A stretch of DNA of 64,000 nt, from the NCBI GenBank assembly GCA_963733095.1, contig CAVTBV010000007.1, forward strand, positions 96,001 to 160,000. Direction: 5' to 3'. The translations under genes were made by a program, and so were the position numbers. The notes under the pieces were generated by a model that ran no database searches, was not told where the DNA came from, and saw only the letters and a program-made list of their open reading frames with translations. Every line of letters starts with the position of its first letter. Positions within the stretch are counted from its first letter, which is position 1. The DNA comes from Candidatus Bathyarchaeota archaeon (lineage in GTDB: Archaea > Thermoproteota > Bathyarchaeia > Bathyarchaeales > Bathycorpusculaceae). Below, piece after piece: positions 39,525-50,061 of this stretch.

Positions 39525-42194
39525 ATGCAAAATTTAAAAAACAAAACTATGGCTATTTTAATCGTCGCAATTTTAACTATCTCGATAGGAGCTTCTTTAG
39601 CAATCACAAGTGCACACGACCCATCGTGGACTATTGTTTCATACGCTTACCTAACTGTTGCACCAAACCCAATAGGTGTAGGTCAACAAGTAGGAGTTTA
39701 CATGTGGGTAGATACAGCCGTTCCAGGCGCATCAGACATTCCAGGGTCATCCAACGACGTTCGAAGAGAAAACTATAAACTCACAATTACATCGCCAAAT
39801 GGAGAAATTACAACGCAAACATGGGCATCAGTTAGTGACCCAACAGGGATACAATCATACTACTTCACTCCAGACCAAGTCGGAACTTACCTGTTGCAGT
39901 TTGATTACCCACAACAAACATACGTCTGGAACTCAACGAACACCCCAGGTCTATCCTCAACATACTCACAATACTACGGTGACGTCTACACAGCTTCAAG
40001 TGCTACACAAACAATAACAGTTCAAAATGAACCGATACAATCACCAGTCGCACCGTCACTGCCAACACAATACTGGACATATCCCATAAACGGACAAAAC
40101 TACAACTGGTACACCATTGCATCAAACTGGCTTTCGGCACCATACATTGCAGGAGCTAACCCATCTTTTGGAATTCCTGGAGGAATTCAACCAGACGGCA
40201 CAGCCCCAAACAGTGCTCACATCATGTGGTCTAAACCAATTCAATACGGAGGAGTTGTAGGCGGAAATAATACAAATGTTCCAGGTGAAGCATATTATCA
40301 AGGTGGCTCATACAACACACGATTCAACAACCCCATCATCATTCAAGGAACACTATTCTTTGAATTACCTTTCGGTGAATCAGGAAGAGGCGGAGACTAT
40401 GTTGCATGGGACTTAAAGACTGGACAACAACTTTGGAGTATTAATACAACAGCAACAGGCGTAAGCTTAGTTCCATCATTCGGATACCTTTACTCAATGG
40501 ATCAACCAAACCAACATGGTGTCTTACCTAACGGAGCACTAGTCGCAACAACTAATTCGTACCCCGGTCAAGGTACAACATGGAAATTCTATGACCCAAT
40601 GACAGGCGTTCTAACACCAATGACAGTCACAAACGTTCCAGGCGGTTCAAACATAGCCGGACCGGCAGGCGAATACCTGAAAATAAATTTAGTTAACTAC
40701 GGAACTACAGATAAACCGAACTGGTACTTACAAGAATGGAACTCCTCTAAAGTATTCGGAATCTACCAAGGCACAGGCACAAGCTACTGGTACACAGGAA
40801 CAGTAAACGCAAGCCTACCCTCTGCCTACGATTGGAACGTATCAGTTGATCTTACTCCAGGCAGATGGACTATAGGTACAGCAGCATCAGGAGCAGGACC
40901 ACTTATAAACTTAGGCGACAAAGCACTCTTAGTTCAAGGAACATTCGGAGGTCACATAGGCGACTTCGGAGCAACAATTGCAACAGATCCAGCAAACATC
41001 ACTGCAGTAAGTCTTAAACCAGAATCACTAGGAAAAACATTATGGACACAGACCTACCAACAAGCACCAGGCAACAACACTAGGACAATCTGTGGATGGG
41101 ACCCAACAAACGAAGTCTTCATATTCGAAGACAAAGAAAGCATGACACACTATGGTTTCAGCACAACTACAGGTCAACAAGTCTGGGGACCGGTTTCAGT
41201 ACCAAGAACAACAAGTTCAGATTGGAACTACCTCAGTTTAGACCAAGACCAAGTCGTAAACGGTAAATTATACTTCTTTGGATATAGTGGCTTCCTTTAC
41301 TGCTTTAACGACAAAACTGGTGAATTAGAATGGACCTATGGCAATGGTGGAGAAGGCAACAGCACTTACGCAGGAACAATAACACCCTATGGCTATTATC
41401 CAGTGTTTGTTAGCGCAATCGCAGACGGAAAAGTCTACTTAGTCAGCAGTGAACATTCACCAAACTCGCCATTATACCCAGGTGAAGAATTACGATGCAT
41501 CAACGCAACCGTTGGAACTGAAATATGGGCTATAGATGACTTTGCAAACTGCATGTACGGTGGAACTACACCTATTGCAAGTGGTTACTTGGTGACTGAT
41601 AATACTTATGATCAACAGGTTTACTGCTACGGTAAAGGACCTAGTGCAATGACAGTTGAAGCTCCAATGGCTGATATCTCACAAGGCGCAGGCTTAGTCA
41701 TACGGGGAACCATTACAGACATTTCCGCAGGAACACAACAAGCGCAACAAGCAGCAAACTTCCCCAATGGCGTCCCATGTGTCTCCGATGCAAGCATGCA
41801 GGATTGGATGCAATATGTATACATGCAGAAACCACTGCCAAACAACATTACTGGAGTTCCAATCACAATAAGTGTTGTCGACTCTAACGGAAACTTTAGA
41901 ACTATCGGTAATACGACAAGCAATGCCTATGGCACATACAGTTTACAATGGACGCCCGATATCTCAGGTACATACACAGTTTATGCAACTTTCGGCGGAA
42001 GCGAATCATACTATCCATCAAACGCGGTTACTTCTTTTGCAGTTGATCCAGCAGCAGCAACACCAACACCTACAACAACTCCAGTACAATCTATGGCTGA
42101 TCAATACTTCCTTCCATCAGTCGCAGCCATAATTGTCGTCATCATAATAGGATTCGTAGTGCTGGCAATATTGATGCTCAGAAAAAGACCCTAA
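39525..42194 (+). CDS. Large surface-anchored PQQ-like beta-propeller protein, paralog 3
   Basis: Same architecture; ends LMLRKRP. Confidence 0.85.
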   Translation: MQNLKNKTMAILIVAILTISIGASLAITSAHDPSWTIVSYAYLTVAPNPIGVGQQVGVYMWVDTAVPGASDIPGSSNDVRRENYKLTITSPNGEITTQTWASVSDPTGIQSYYFTPDQVGTYLLQFDYPQQTYVWNSTNTPGLSSTYSQYYGDVYTASSATQTITVQNEPIQSPVAPSLPTQYWTYPINGQNYNWYTIASNWLSAPYIAGANPSFGIPGGIQPDGTAPNSAHIMWSKPIQYGGVVGGNNTNVPGEAYYQGGSYNTRFNNPIIIQGTLFFELPFGESGRGGDYVAWDLKTGQQLWSINTTATGVSLVPSFGYLYSMDQPNQHGVLPNGALVATTNSYPGQGTTWKFYDPMTGVLTPMTVTNVPGGSNIAGPAGEYLKINLVNYGTTDKPNWYLQEWNSSKVFGIYQGTGTSYWYTGTVNASLPSAYDWNVSVDLTPGRWTIGTAASGAGPLINLGDKALLVQGTFGGHIGDFGATIATDPANITAVSLKPESLGKTLWTQTYQQAPGNNTRTICGWDPTNEVFIFEDKESMTHYGFSTTTGQQVWGPVSVPRTTSSDWNYLSLDQDQVVNGKLYFFGYSGFLYCFNDKTGELEWTYGNGGEGNSTYAGTITPYGYYPVFVSAIADGKVYLVSSEHSPNSPLYPGEELRCINATVGTEIWAIDDFANCMYGGTTPIASGYLVTDNTYDQQVYCYGKGPSAMTVEAPMADISQGAGLVIRGTITDISAGTQQAQQAANFPNGVPCVSDASMQDWMQYVYMQKPLPNNITGVPITISVVDSNGNFRTIGNTTSNAYGTYSLQWTPDISGTYTVYATFGGSESYYPSNAVTSFAVDPAAATPTPTTTPVQSMADQYFLPSVAAIIVVIIIGFVVLAILMLRKRP

Positions 42195-42312
42195 AAACAT
42201 CCACAATCAATCCCTTCCCCTTTTTTAGTCTTTCAATATTTTTAAGAAAAAAATTATACCTAAGTAAAGCTATCGAGGGTTGAATTGGTTTAGGCCAGTA
42301 GGCGCCAGAGAA

Positions 42313-42370
42313 GTTGTTGTTGTTGTTGTTGTTGTTGCAACTAACTTCTGCACACCGGTAGCAACAACAA
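42313..42370. repeat. (GTT)8 microsatellite joined to an imperfect palindrome (second copy at 44721-44770)
   Basis: GTTGTTGCAACT...TTCTGCA.A.CGGTWGCAACAAC in both places. Confidence 0.7.
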
Positions 42371-42461
42371 TCAAACACTAATTCCTATCAAAATTACACA
42401 TTCTGACATTTGAAGGATGTTCTAAAAAGTATCTTGGCATATGAAATAATGAGAAAAAAAT

Positions 42462-42515
42462 TGTGCCGTCATCATTCTCGAAGATTTCGAGGTAACCAGC
42501 AGCTAAGCATAACTA
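42462..42515 (+). repeat. Structured repeat, copy 3 of 3
   Basis: TGTGCCGTCATCATTCTC GAAGATTTC GAGGTAACCAGCAGCTAAGCATAACTA. Confidence 0.65.
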
Positions 42516-42687
42516 TCTTTCGAAACGGATGGGATCAGTTAACAGATTAACGCCATCTTTTCTGAAAAGTCAAATTGTTCTATAATTCAAAAGCAGAACT
42601 TGATGTTGTAGTAGTATGTTAGTCACATTTCTTTAAGAATCCGTTTTACACGTAGGTAAACTGGCCTAATTTGTTTGGAGATAGTTT

Positions 42688-42888
42688 ATGGATTTTGAAG
42701 CAGCGTTAAAATTTTTGAAAGCCTTTTCGGCTTGCAATCCTCGAATTTACAAAGAATTCGCAGGTTTTCCAGGAGAAAGCTGCCAAGAAGCCGAAAAGGG
42801 ATATGTACTTTTCTTGGATCCTTGCGCTGTTAGGAAAGATTGTTTTTGCGAGCTTGAAGCTTTCGCTAAACTAATGATCTCTACATAA
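42688..42888 (+). CDS. Small hypothetical protein (3' end possibly frameshifted)
   Basis: ATG after GGAGA SD; TATA-like CTTTAAG upstream. Confidence 0.45.
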   Translation: MDFEAALKFLKAFSACNPRIYKEFAGFPGESCQEAEKGYVLFLDPCAVRKDCFCELEAFAKLMIST

Positions 42889-43077
42889 AACCCTATCGAG
42901 AGGTCTATATGATTTCAGGTCCAACCAATAAACTCTAGCGCGTTGTAATTAAAAGCATCAAATCTTAGCATTTGAATTTTAGACAGACTTTAAGGAAAAG
43001 CACATCATAGTTGAAAGAAAAAAATTTCGGTCAAGTCCGCATTTCCTGGTACTCACTAGTTGAGCTATATACGGGAC

Positions 43078-43422
43078 TCAAACTTTGGTTGCGGACCAGT
43101 AACCTTCCTTCTGGGTAAAAAAGGAAGGTGTTATGAATATCCACCTCAATCCCGACATTACACTTCCTGTTTTGTTTCCCATGTACATATTTGGAAGTAC
43201 CGTCGGGGCAGACGGTTTAGTATATTGCCAGACTACCATGTTGCCAAGCTGCCTCCATGTTCCCTCTGACGCGGCGGTCATAGATGCAAAAGAAAAAGTG
43301 TTATCTGCACGGAAAAATATCGAGCTTGAACTCGATATAGTGTGGGTGGGTGAAGTTTTGATAGTATAAGCCGTGAGCTTCCATTCACCTATAATTGATA
43401 CACCAAAATCTAAATCTAACAT
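43078..43422 (-). CDS. Hypothetical beta-rich protein (lipocalin-like GxW start)
   Basis: Strong SD GGAGGTGA; IIGEWKL...F.ADNTF...GTW. Confidence 0.6.
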   Translation of the reverse strand: MLDLDFGVSIIGEWKLTAYTIKTSPTHTISSSSSIFFRADNTFSFASMTAASEGTWRQLGNMVVWQYTKPSAPTVLPNMYMGNKTGSVMSGLRWIFITPSFFTQKEGYWSATKV

Positions 43423-43708
43423 CCCTTCACCTCCCGTTTCTTAGAAGGCTACAATTCTATTTGCACGTCTACCTATATTAGATATCCTAATAGAAAGCAC
43501 AAAGACGTTTGTGGTATAAAGGCGAGGTTAATCTGATTAGAACCAAGAAAAGTCGGTTAGTTGAAAGACCACCGGTAAATGTAATAATTTTTGCCCATAA
43601 ACTAGTAAATTATCTCTCTCTAAAGTTAATCTCGATTAATTCTTTAATCGAAGGCTCCAAAACTCGAAAATCAAGACTAACTTTAAGGCAGTTTTTGATG
43701 AGTGATTA

Positions 43709-44057
43709 TTACTTTTCTTGATCTTTCGCCATTTTTTTGATTGTCTGTTTTAGTTGCGGAATGTTTTCTTTGACTGTTTTCCATATGGTTTCAGTGTCCA
43801 TTCCGAAATAAGCGTGGATTAGCTTGGCTCGCATACCCGCTATTTCTCTCCATCGAAGCTCACTATTCTTTGTTTTGAGGCTCTCAGGGAGTCTTTTGGA
43901 TGCTTCCGCCTATTACTTCGATGCTGCGAACTACGGCATTGAGGGTTTTCTTGTCTTTAGTGAATTGCTCATAACTCATGTCGGCAACGAACCTTTCGAT
44001 ATCATTCACTGCGTCAAGGATATCTTGCAGGTAATCCCTGAGGTCGCGGCGTTTCAT
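43709..44057 (-). pseudogene. hepT: HEPN/DUF86 (HepT-like) RNase toxin, frameshifted
   Basis: Manual translation YLQDILDAV...AVVRSIEVIG/EASKRLP...GMRAKLIHAYFG (Rx4H); frameshift near 43907. Confidence 0.85.
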
Positions 44058-44346
44058 ATCATAATGACTTCCTCAAGGATGCGCTCCCCAATGTGAGGTT
44101 TGAGAGCCTTCTTTGAAACCAAATCTACTTTGACTCCAAGCAAATCCGATAAGCAATTTTCAACTTCATAAACTCGAAAAGCCCAATAGGATCATCAAAT
44201 TCAACAAGAACATCAACATCGCTGCTCCCCTTCTGCTCACCACGCACGTAAGAACCGAAAACACCTATATTCTTAACTTTGAACCTCTCTCGCAGCTCTG
44301 CTTTGTGCACAAAAAGCGCCCGCTTGATGGCTTCAACGTTTTTCAT
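44054..44346 (-). pseudogene. mntA: MNT nucleotidyltransferase antitoxin, frameshifted
   Basis: FGSYVRGEQ..SSDVDVLV; C-terminus LSDLLGVKVDLV...RILEEVIMI in a shifted frame; ATGA overlap with HEPN gene. Confidence 0.85.
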
Positions 44347-44566
44347 GTTTTAGAATATGGCGGTTCGTGACTTTTAGCTTTTCACAGTGGGCTGCTCTGG
44401 CTCTATTAACGGAGCCGCTTTAGGATCAGCGGATGGTCTACAAGAGCTTTTTTCTTGTCACCCCCGCAGCCACCACAGATATAACAGATTTTTGTGTAAC
44501 CAAATTTCTCCGCCAGCGAAGCTCAGATTCGGTGCAAAGTTCCTTAATTAAGAAGCTAGGACTTGT

Positions 44567-44667
44567 TTATCCAAAAATCTTTAGCTTATCCATAGGGTTT
44601 CGGGTAAGTCTTTGAAGTGCTCGTCTCCGGTTAGTATTTTGCATTGATCTATTCTGGCTGTTGCAAG
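44567..44667 (-). pseudogene. 3' remnant of vapC nearly identical to the end of 29340-29747
   Basis: About 100 bp near-identical to 29328-29426. Confidence 0.85.
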
Positions 44668-44962
44668 TTCCAGCGGAGAGAATATTGATTAAAAGCTTAA
44701 GGGACGATTAGGAAGAGTAAGTTGCTGTTGCTGCTGCTGCAACTGCATTCTGCAGATCGGTTGCAACAACTTTCAGATTTAATGCAACAATAATTACATC
44801 AATGAACTTGCAAAACATAAAGAAAATTGTATCTCACAATGATATTTTCAAGCGTCTGGCAAACAAACTAGAATTGGAAGCCTTCGATCCAGCCCAACCA
44901 ATACAACCATAGAATTCCACAGTTTAAAGCAATAAAACTTCGTTGATTTTAGAAGCACAGGT

Positions 44963-45187
44963 TCAGTTTGCCTGTATTTGTTCTTCTTGTTGGGGAATCA
45001 CCAATAGCTCTACGGCGTCATGTTTTGTGGGAATTTGGTTTGTTGTCTGTTGTGTTTGTTTTATGTGTTGCCATGGTTGTCCTATGCAGTAGAGGCTCCA
45101 GCCGGCTATGAAGGCGAAGATTAGGAGAGGGGACAGTAGGATGATTGCGAGTTTGCTGCGTTTTGTTCTAGAGGTTGATTTTGTCAT
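44963..45187 (-). CDS. Small single-TM membrane protein
   Basis: Basic N-terminus, TM ILLSPLLIFAFIAGWSLYCIG; TATA upstream. Confidence 0.65.
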   Translation of the reverse strand: MTKSTSRTKRSKLAIILLSPLLIFAFIAGWSLYCIGQPWQHIKQTQQTTNQIPTKHDAVELLVIPQQEEQIQAN

Positions 45188-45338
45188 ATGATGCCTGCTC
45201 TTGTTTCGTTTAGGAACTTTTAATGTATAAGCTTTATTGATTTTGAATCAATACGGAAAAACCATAAAAACATTCACAAACGAGCTTTAACCACCACTCA
45301 GCTATAAATCACAATAAGCCATCTGGCTATCATAATGC

Positions 45339-45514
45339 ACACTCACACCCACACTACTCTGCATACACTCTATGTTTAGATATGTGGGCAAACATTCTTC
45401 CCACACAAAAACCGCACAAGCCAACAAGCCTAAACCAAAAAAGCAACCATATCCAAACCCCACAGTGTAGTGTTAAAACATTAGAACCCCACACCCACAC
45501 AAAGACAAAAAAAA
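45339..45514. repeat. Near-identical direct repeat, copy 1 (C/A-rich family)
   Basis: Matches 54210-54390 except for a 5-nt ACACT duplication. Confidence 0.95.
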
Positions 45515-45643
45515 GAAATAAAAATCAAAAACCCATCTCCCACCGCCCCCTAAAGGTATCTGGCATGTGTTCTGCATGTTTCTTTATAGACCCTACAGAA
45601 TAAACAATGATATACCCGAATGTTAAGAAACTAAGGAGAGAAT

Positions 45644-47227
45644 ATGAGCAAAGCTTCGGAAATGGCAAAGGTTTCAGCAAAGGGCAGTTTTAACGTACTT
45701 TGGGGTCTAGTTGTCTCTACACTTATTTCTTCAATCGCAACCATTTTTGTTGCACGACTCCTCGGCTCAGACCTCTACGGCCTATACGGAATCGTACTCA
45801 CTGCACCCACCCTGATTGGAGTATTTCGCGATTGGGGCATAAACTCCGCCATGGTCAGAGACACCGCCCAATACCTCTCAGAAGGCAGAGCAGCAGAAGT
45901 CCGAAGCATACTGATCTCCGGAATAATCTTCGAAGTAACCCTTGGCATAGCCCTCTCCGCACTATCCTTCGCCTTCTCAGGATACCTTGCCACAAACGTA
46001 TTCCACCGCCCCGAAATCGCCCCCCTAATGCAAATCGCATCCCTCTCCATCCTAGCCAGCGGACTCATCAACTCCGCCACAGCCACATTCACAGGCATAG
46101 AAAAAATGCACCTAAACAGCATCATGCTAATCCTCCACGCCATCATAAAAACCGCCCTCATGGTAGGACTCGTAGCTTTAGGGTTCGGCACCTCCGGAGC
46201 AATCCTAGGCTACACCGTTGCCTTGATAGTTGGCGGATTAATCGGAACAGCCTTCATATGGACCCAATACAGGCAACTACCAAAACTCACTGGCTTCAAA
46301 CTAGAAATAAAAGCATACACAAAATCCATGCTATCCTACGGAGTCCCCCTTTCAATTTCAGTAATCTTAAGCGGCTTTCTAGGCCAGTACTTCGCTTTCC
46401 TGCTCCCAATCTTCTACGTCACCGACAACACCGCTATCGGCAACTTTGGCATCGCCTCAACCTTTGTAGTCTTAATCGGATTTTTTGCAACACCCATCAC
46501 CATGATGCTCTTTCCAGCATTCAGCAAGCTCAGTCCCCAAAAAGACAAAACAACCCTACAAGATGTTTACCAGTTTTCAGTCAAGTACGGCTCACTCTTT
46601 GTCATACCCCTTGCTGCACTAGTTATGTCTTTAGCCGAACCGGCGATTTCTACCTTGTTTGGGCAGACGTATAATTCAGCACCCCTATTTTTGGCACTGC
46701 TCTCACTGACCTATTTCTTTCCAGCACTAGGAAGCTTAAGCTCAAGCAACTTCCTAAACAGCCAAGGAAGAACCACCTTCATCATGTACCTCACCATACT
46801 CGCAGTCGCCATCGGGTTGCCACTGGGGTACGCTTTAATTATGCTGTTTGGAGTCCTGGGGCTTATCATGACCTCACTTGTTACTGGGCTCGTCACCTCG
46901 ATCATCCCAGTCGTTTGGGTTAGAAAAAACTATGGATTAACAGTGGATTGGACCTCTTCAACCAAAATTGTGCTGTCCTCCTCGACTGCTGCAATAGTTA
47001 CCTTTCTGCTCATTTCCGAGTTAGGCTTCTCCAGCCTAATCCGACTAATCATAGGCGCAATCTTCTTCACATTCATCTTCCTCGCCACTGCCCTGTTAAC
47101 CAAAACCATAAACGAATCCGACGTCAAAAACCTAACCAGCATGGCAAAAGGACTAGGACTTGTAGGCAGAATCTTCTGTCAATTTCTAAGTATCTACCAA
47201 AAAATCATGAAAACCCTCAAACTCTAA
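45644..47227 (+). CDS. Polysaccharide/oligosaccharide flippase (Wzx/MATE-like)
   Basis: ARLLGSDLYGLY...DWGINSA, about 14 TM segments, LFPAFSK; SD AAGGAG. Confidence 0.88.
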   Translation: MSKASEMAKVSAKGSFNVLWGLVVSTLISSIATIFVARLLGSDLYGLYGIVLTAPTLIGVFRDWGINSAMVRDTAQYLSEGRAAEVRSILISGIIFEVTLGIALSALSFAFSGYLATNVFHRPEIAPLMQIASLSILASGLINSATATFTGIEKMHLNSIMLILHAIIKTALMVGLVALGFGTSGAILGYTVALIVGGLIGTAFIWTQYRQLPKLTGFKLEIKAYTKSMLSYGVPLSISVILSGFLGQYFAFLLPIFYVTDNTAIGNFGIASTFVVLIGFFATPITMMLFPAFSKLSPQKDKTTLQDVYQFSVKYGSLFVIPLAALVMSLAEPAISTLFGQTYNSAPLFLALLSLTYFFPALGSLSSSNFLNSQGRTTFIMYLTILAVAIGLPLGYALIMLFGVLGLIMTSLVTGLVTSIIPVVWVRKNYGLTVDWTSSTKIVLSSSTAAIVTFLLISELGFSSLIRLIIGAIFFTFIFLATALLTKTINESDVKNLTSMAKGLGLVGRIFCQFLSIYQKIMKTLKL

Positions 47228-47810
47228 CATTTTACAACGCAAATTTTCAAGCCCATACGATAACAAATTTGTTCCATCAACGTTCTCCATTAATCGGGGG
47301 TTGGCGAGCACCTAAACCTAACTCCAGATGGCGACTACGCTATTCTTCAAAATGAACACCAAAAAACTCGATGGAAATTTTGGGGATGGGGCACTTAAAC
47401 TGAGTTATGCATCAACGATTTTTTATTCGCCAATTCTCTCGACAGTGTTTTGGCAGACTATATTATTTGCCCAATTGTCCTATCCAAGATATGATCCAGC
47501 CGACAACGAATACGACCAGAAACATGGGCGAGAGTGCAAATAATGCGCGCTTACCGCGTTTTTTTCTACAGGTTACAGCATTTATCATTTCAGCACCTGT
47601 ACCATATCCATGCTTAACGCTCATATTTATAATCTTTGTAAATACCCTCTAGATTTATTATAGGAAAGAATTGAGCCAAAAAAAGAAAATTTTCATCCAA
47701 CAAGACGAATAAACCGTTGAAAGAGAAAAATCAATAAGGATATCTCCCACAGTATCTTGGAGTTCCACAAGATTTCCAACAAAAAAAGCTTTCATACCGA
47801 GGCACCTTAA

Positions 47811-48455
47811 TTGTCAAACAAACTAAACTTAATGGATAATTCGACGTTTTTGTTCCAAGGCGACAGCATAACAGACGCTGGAAGAAAAGCCAACCACAAC
47901 CAAGCACTCGGCGACGGATACGTCATGATGACCACAGCGTGGCTGTCCGCGCTATATCCAGAGTATAATTTAAGGTTCTTCAATCGCGGAGTGGGCGGAA
48001 ACCGAGTTAAGGATCTTAGGCATCGTTGGAAGAAAGATTGCTTGGATCTCAAACCCACCTTAGTTTCGATACTGGTGGGTGTAAACGACATTGCTTGGAA
48101 ACCTGCTCCAACAGAAAGTTTTCAGGCAGATTACCGGAGCATTCTACAACAAACCCAACAATTAAACTGCCAAATTGTCCTGCTTGAGCCGTTCCTTGTT
48201 CAATCCAAAGGAGACTTTGCCGAACTGTCTGAAGAACTGGATAAGAAAATAGCTGTCGTTAGAGGGCTTGCACAGGAATTTAAGGCTAAGCTAATTCCGC
48301 TAAACGATATTTTTGTGAAAGCCTGCACTAAAAGGGATCCTTTCTTTTGGGCACTTGACGGAGTACATCCAACACTTGCGGGACACGCTTTGATTGCACA
48401 ATCCTGGATTAAAGCAGTGATGGACCAACCACAGAAAAGTGGATTCAAAAAATAG
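47811..48455 (+). CDS. SGNH/GDSL hydrolase
   Basis: FQGDSIT, NRGVGG, GVND and DGVHP motifs. Confidence 0.93.
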   Translation: MSNKLNLMDNSTFLFQGDSITDAGRKANHNQALGDGYVMMTTAWLSALYPEYNLRFFNRGVGGNRVKDLRHRWKKDCLDLKPTLVSILVGVNDIAWKPAPTESFQADYRSILQQTQQLNCQIVLLEPFLVQSKGDFAELSEELDKKIAVVRGLAQEFKAKLIPLNDIFVKACTKRDPFFWALDGVHPTLAGHALIAQSWIKAVMDQPQKSGFKK

Positions 48456-49055
48456 AGGCAGTTACGCCGTCATTCTTCTCATCCATAAAACCAGTGTTGA
48501 TGGAAAGCAAAATATGCAACAAATGAAGAGTACGAGAAAAACTGAAAGAACATACATAGCCGAAGAAAATTGTCGCACTGTGACGTGTCCAAGTCCAGTG
48601 TAGAGGCAGAATTTGGAGTTCCTCAACATCAAAAAGGAGCAAACCGTTGATTCAAGGTTTACCATTCAAGGTTCATATGCCCACCGCCCGACAGTCTGCA
48701 ACCAAACAAAAAAATAACATTTCTTATGCTCAAGCTGCGACGATTCACTATTCGTCCACAGCTAAAATAAAATAAACAAACAAAAACAAACAACCCTTTT
48801 TTCATCTTAACCCAACCCTCAAGCAGAAAAACAAATTTCTATAATCCCATAAACAAAGGCACCTGACAAGATAAAACTCAGTAAACAAAACATCGACAAG
48901 CTCCTTGAGGAATACTAAAACCCTTTCTATAAACCAACATCCCTCCCTAATTTTTGACAAATCGATTGCTAGAAAATAAATAAGCCGTAGGCCTTTTCTA
49001 TAACTAATCTGATGAGCAAGGCTTTGCGTTTGAAAAATAAAGAGCGCTAAAAGGC

Positions 49056-49529
49056 TTAGCTATGGCTTGTGCCGATGAGGTTTCTCACATCAAAGCCTTT
49101 TGACTTTACAAATTTTATTAATTCCGCAAACAGTGAATTGTCCATTTCGGGGGTTCTGCTCAATATCCAAAGATACTTACGGTCTGGGGTGCCGACAACA
49201 GAATAATCGTAGGCATCGCCTAATTTTATAATCCAGTAATCGCCATAAAATGGCCAAAAGAACGTTACTTTAAGCTTTGCGTTGGTTGTTTTGTCGACAA
49301 CTTTGGCTTTGCCCTTTGCAAGTTTGATTTTGTTGTTCTTTTTGCATTGGTTGAGTACTGAAATGCGGTCACCATTTAGCAGTGTGTATGTTGCGGTTGT
49401 TTCGTTGCAGCCTTCTTGGAATTTAGCGGGAAGGTGCGCGATCTCGTACCATTTTCCCAAGTATTTTTCTAGTTCGACGTGGGGTACGACTTCAAGAGGG
49501 TTATCTTCTTTTTTAGCCAACTGGACCAC
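49056..49529 (-). CDS. blc: Lipocalin (Blc-like)
   Basis: YLGKWYEIA, FFWPFYGDYWII and YLWILSRTP motifs. Confidence 0.92.
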   Translation of the reverse strand: MVQLAKKEDNPLEVVPHVELEKYLGKWYEIAHLPAKFQEGCNETTATYTLLNGDRISVLNQCKKNNKIKLAKGKAKVVDKTTNAKLKVTFFWPFYGDYWIIKLGDAYDYSVVGTPDRKYLWILSRTPEMDNSLFAELIKFVKSKGFDVRNLIGTSHS

Positions 49530-49603
49530 TTACATCAAGCAAATTAACAAACACATTAACTTTTTCTTTCATGCTAAATAGCAAAAGGCGTGACATTTTA
49601 GCT

Positions 49604-49747
49604 TTAGTCCTCCATTATTTCAAGCATAGGTTGACCGCAACATTCTGGGTTCTTTTGTTCATGGCAATTGTGAGAGTGAGCGCAGTCGCAAGTTTCATAT
49701 TCAGCTTCAATCTTTCCACCACATAATTTACATTGAAAGGTAGGCAT
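49604..49747 (-). CDS. 47-aa Cys/His-rich protein, desulforedoxin-like
   Basis: Manual translation MPTFQCKLCGGKIEAEYETCDCAHSHNCHEQKNPECCGQPMLEIMED; below the ORF-track cutoff. Confidence 0.75.
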   Translation of the reverse strand: MPTFQCKLCGGKIEAEYETCDCAHSHNCHEQKNPECCGQPMLEIMED

Positions 49748-49851
49748 CATAGTTCACGTTACAGACTGTAATTAGGAGTTTCATAACCATTTCTCTATTT
49801 ATCACTTAAATTTTGGCTTAGACTTCAAAGTTCGGAATTAATCAAGCCCAG

Positions 49852-50061
49852 TTAATCGTAGCCGTAAAAGATGTAGTTTTTAATTTTAGCGGATTCCACC
49901 CGAATTTTGTCAAACTTAAGAGAAATCAACTCGCTTTTTCCAGATTTGATGCTTGCCAATTTCACCATTACAGACCCCTCGGTCTTTTTATGTTTCCATA
50001 GAATGAACCCCTGATGTTCCAACATTCTTACAAGGTTTTCAAATTCTGACAAAGCAATCAC
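49852..50061 (-). CDS. Small hypothetical protein
   Basis: 69 aa ORF with TATA-like TTTCTATAAA upstream. Confidence 0.45.
   Translation of the reverse strand: MIALSEFENLVRMLEHQGFILWKHKKTEGSVMVKLASIKSGKSELISLKFDKIRVESAKIKNYIFYGYD

Noticed and set aside
45700-46674. 324-aa alternative-frame ORF inside the flippase (and 55117-55683 inside the MFS gene)
   Set aside because: H/R/P-rich shadow ORFs caused by C/A-ending codons
48495-48770. Possible decayed zinc-ribbon gene
   Set aside because: Cys pairs fall in different frames with several stops; cannot be reconstructed with confidence
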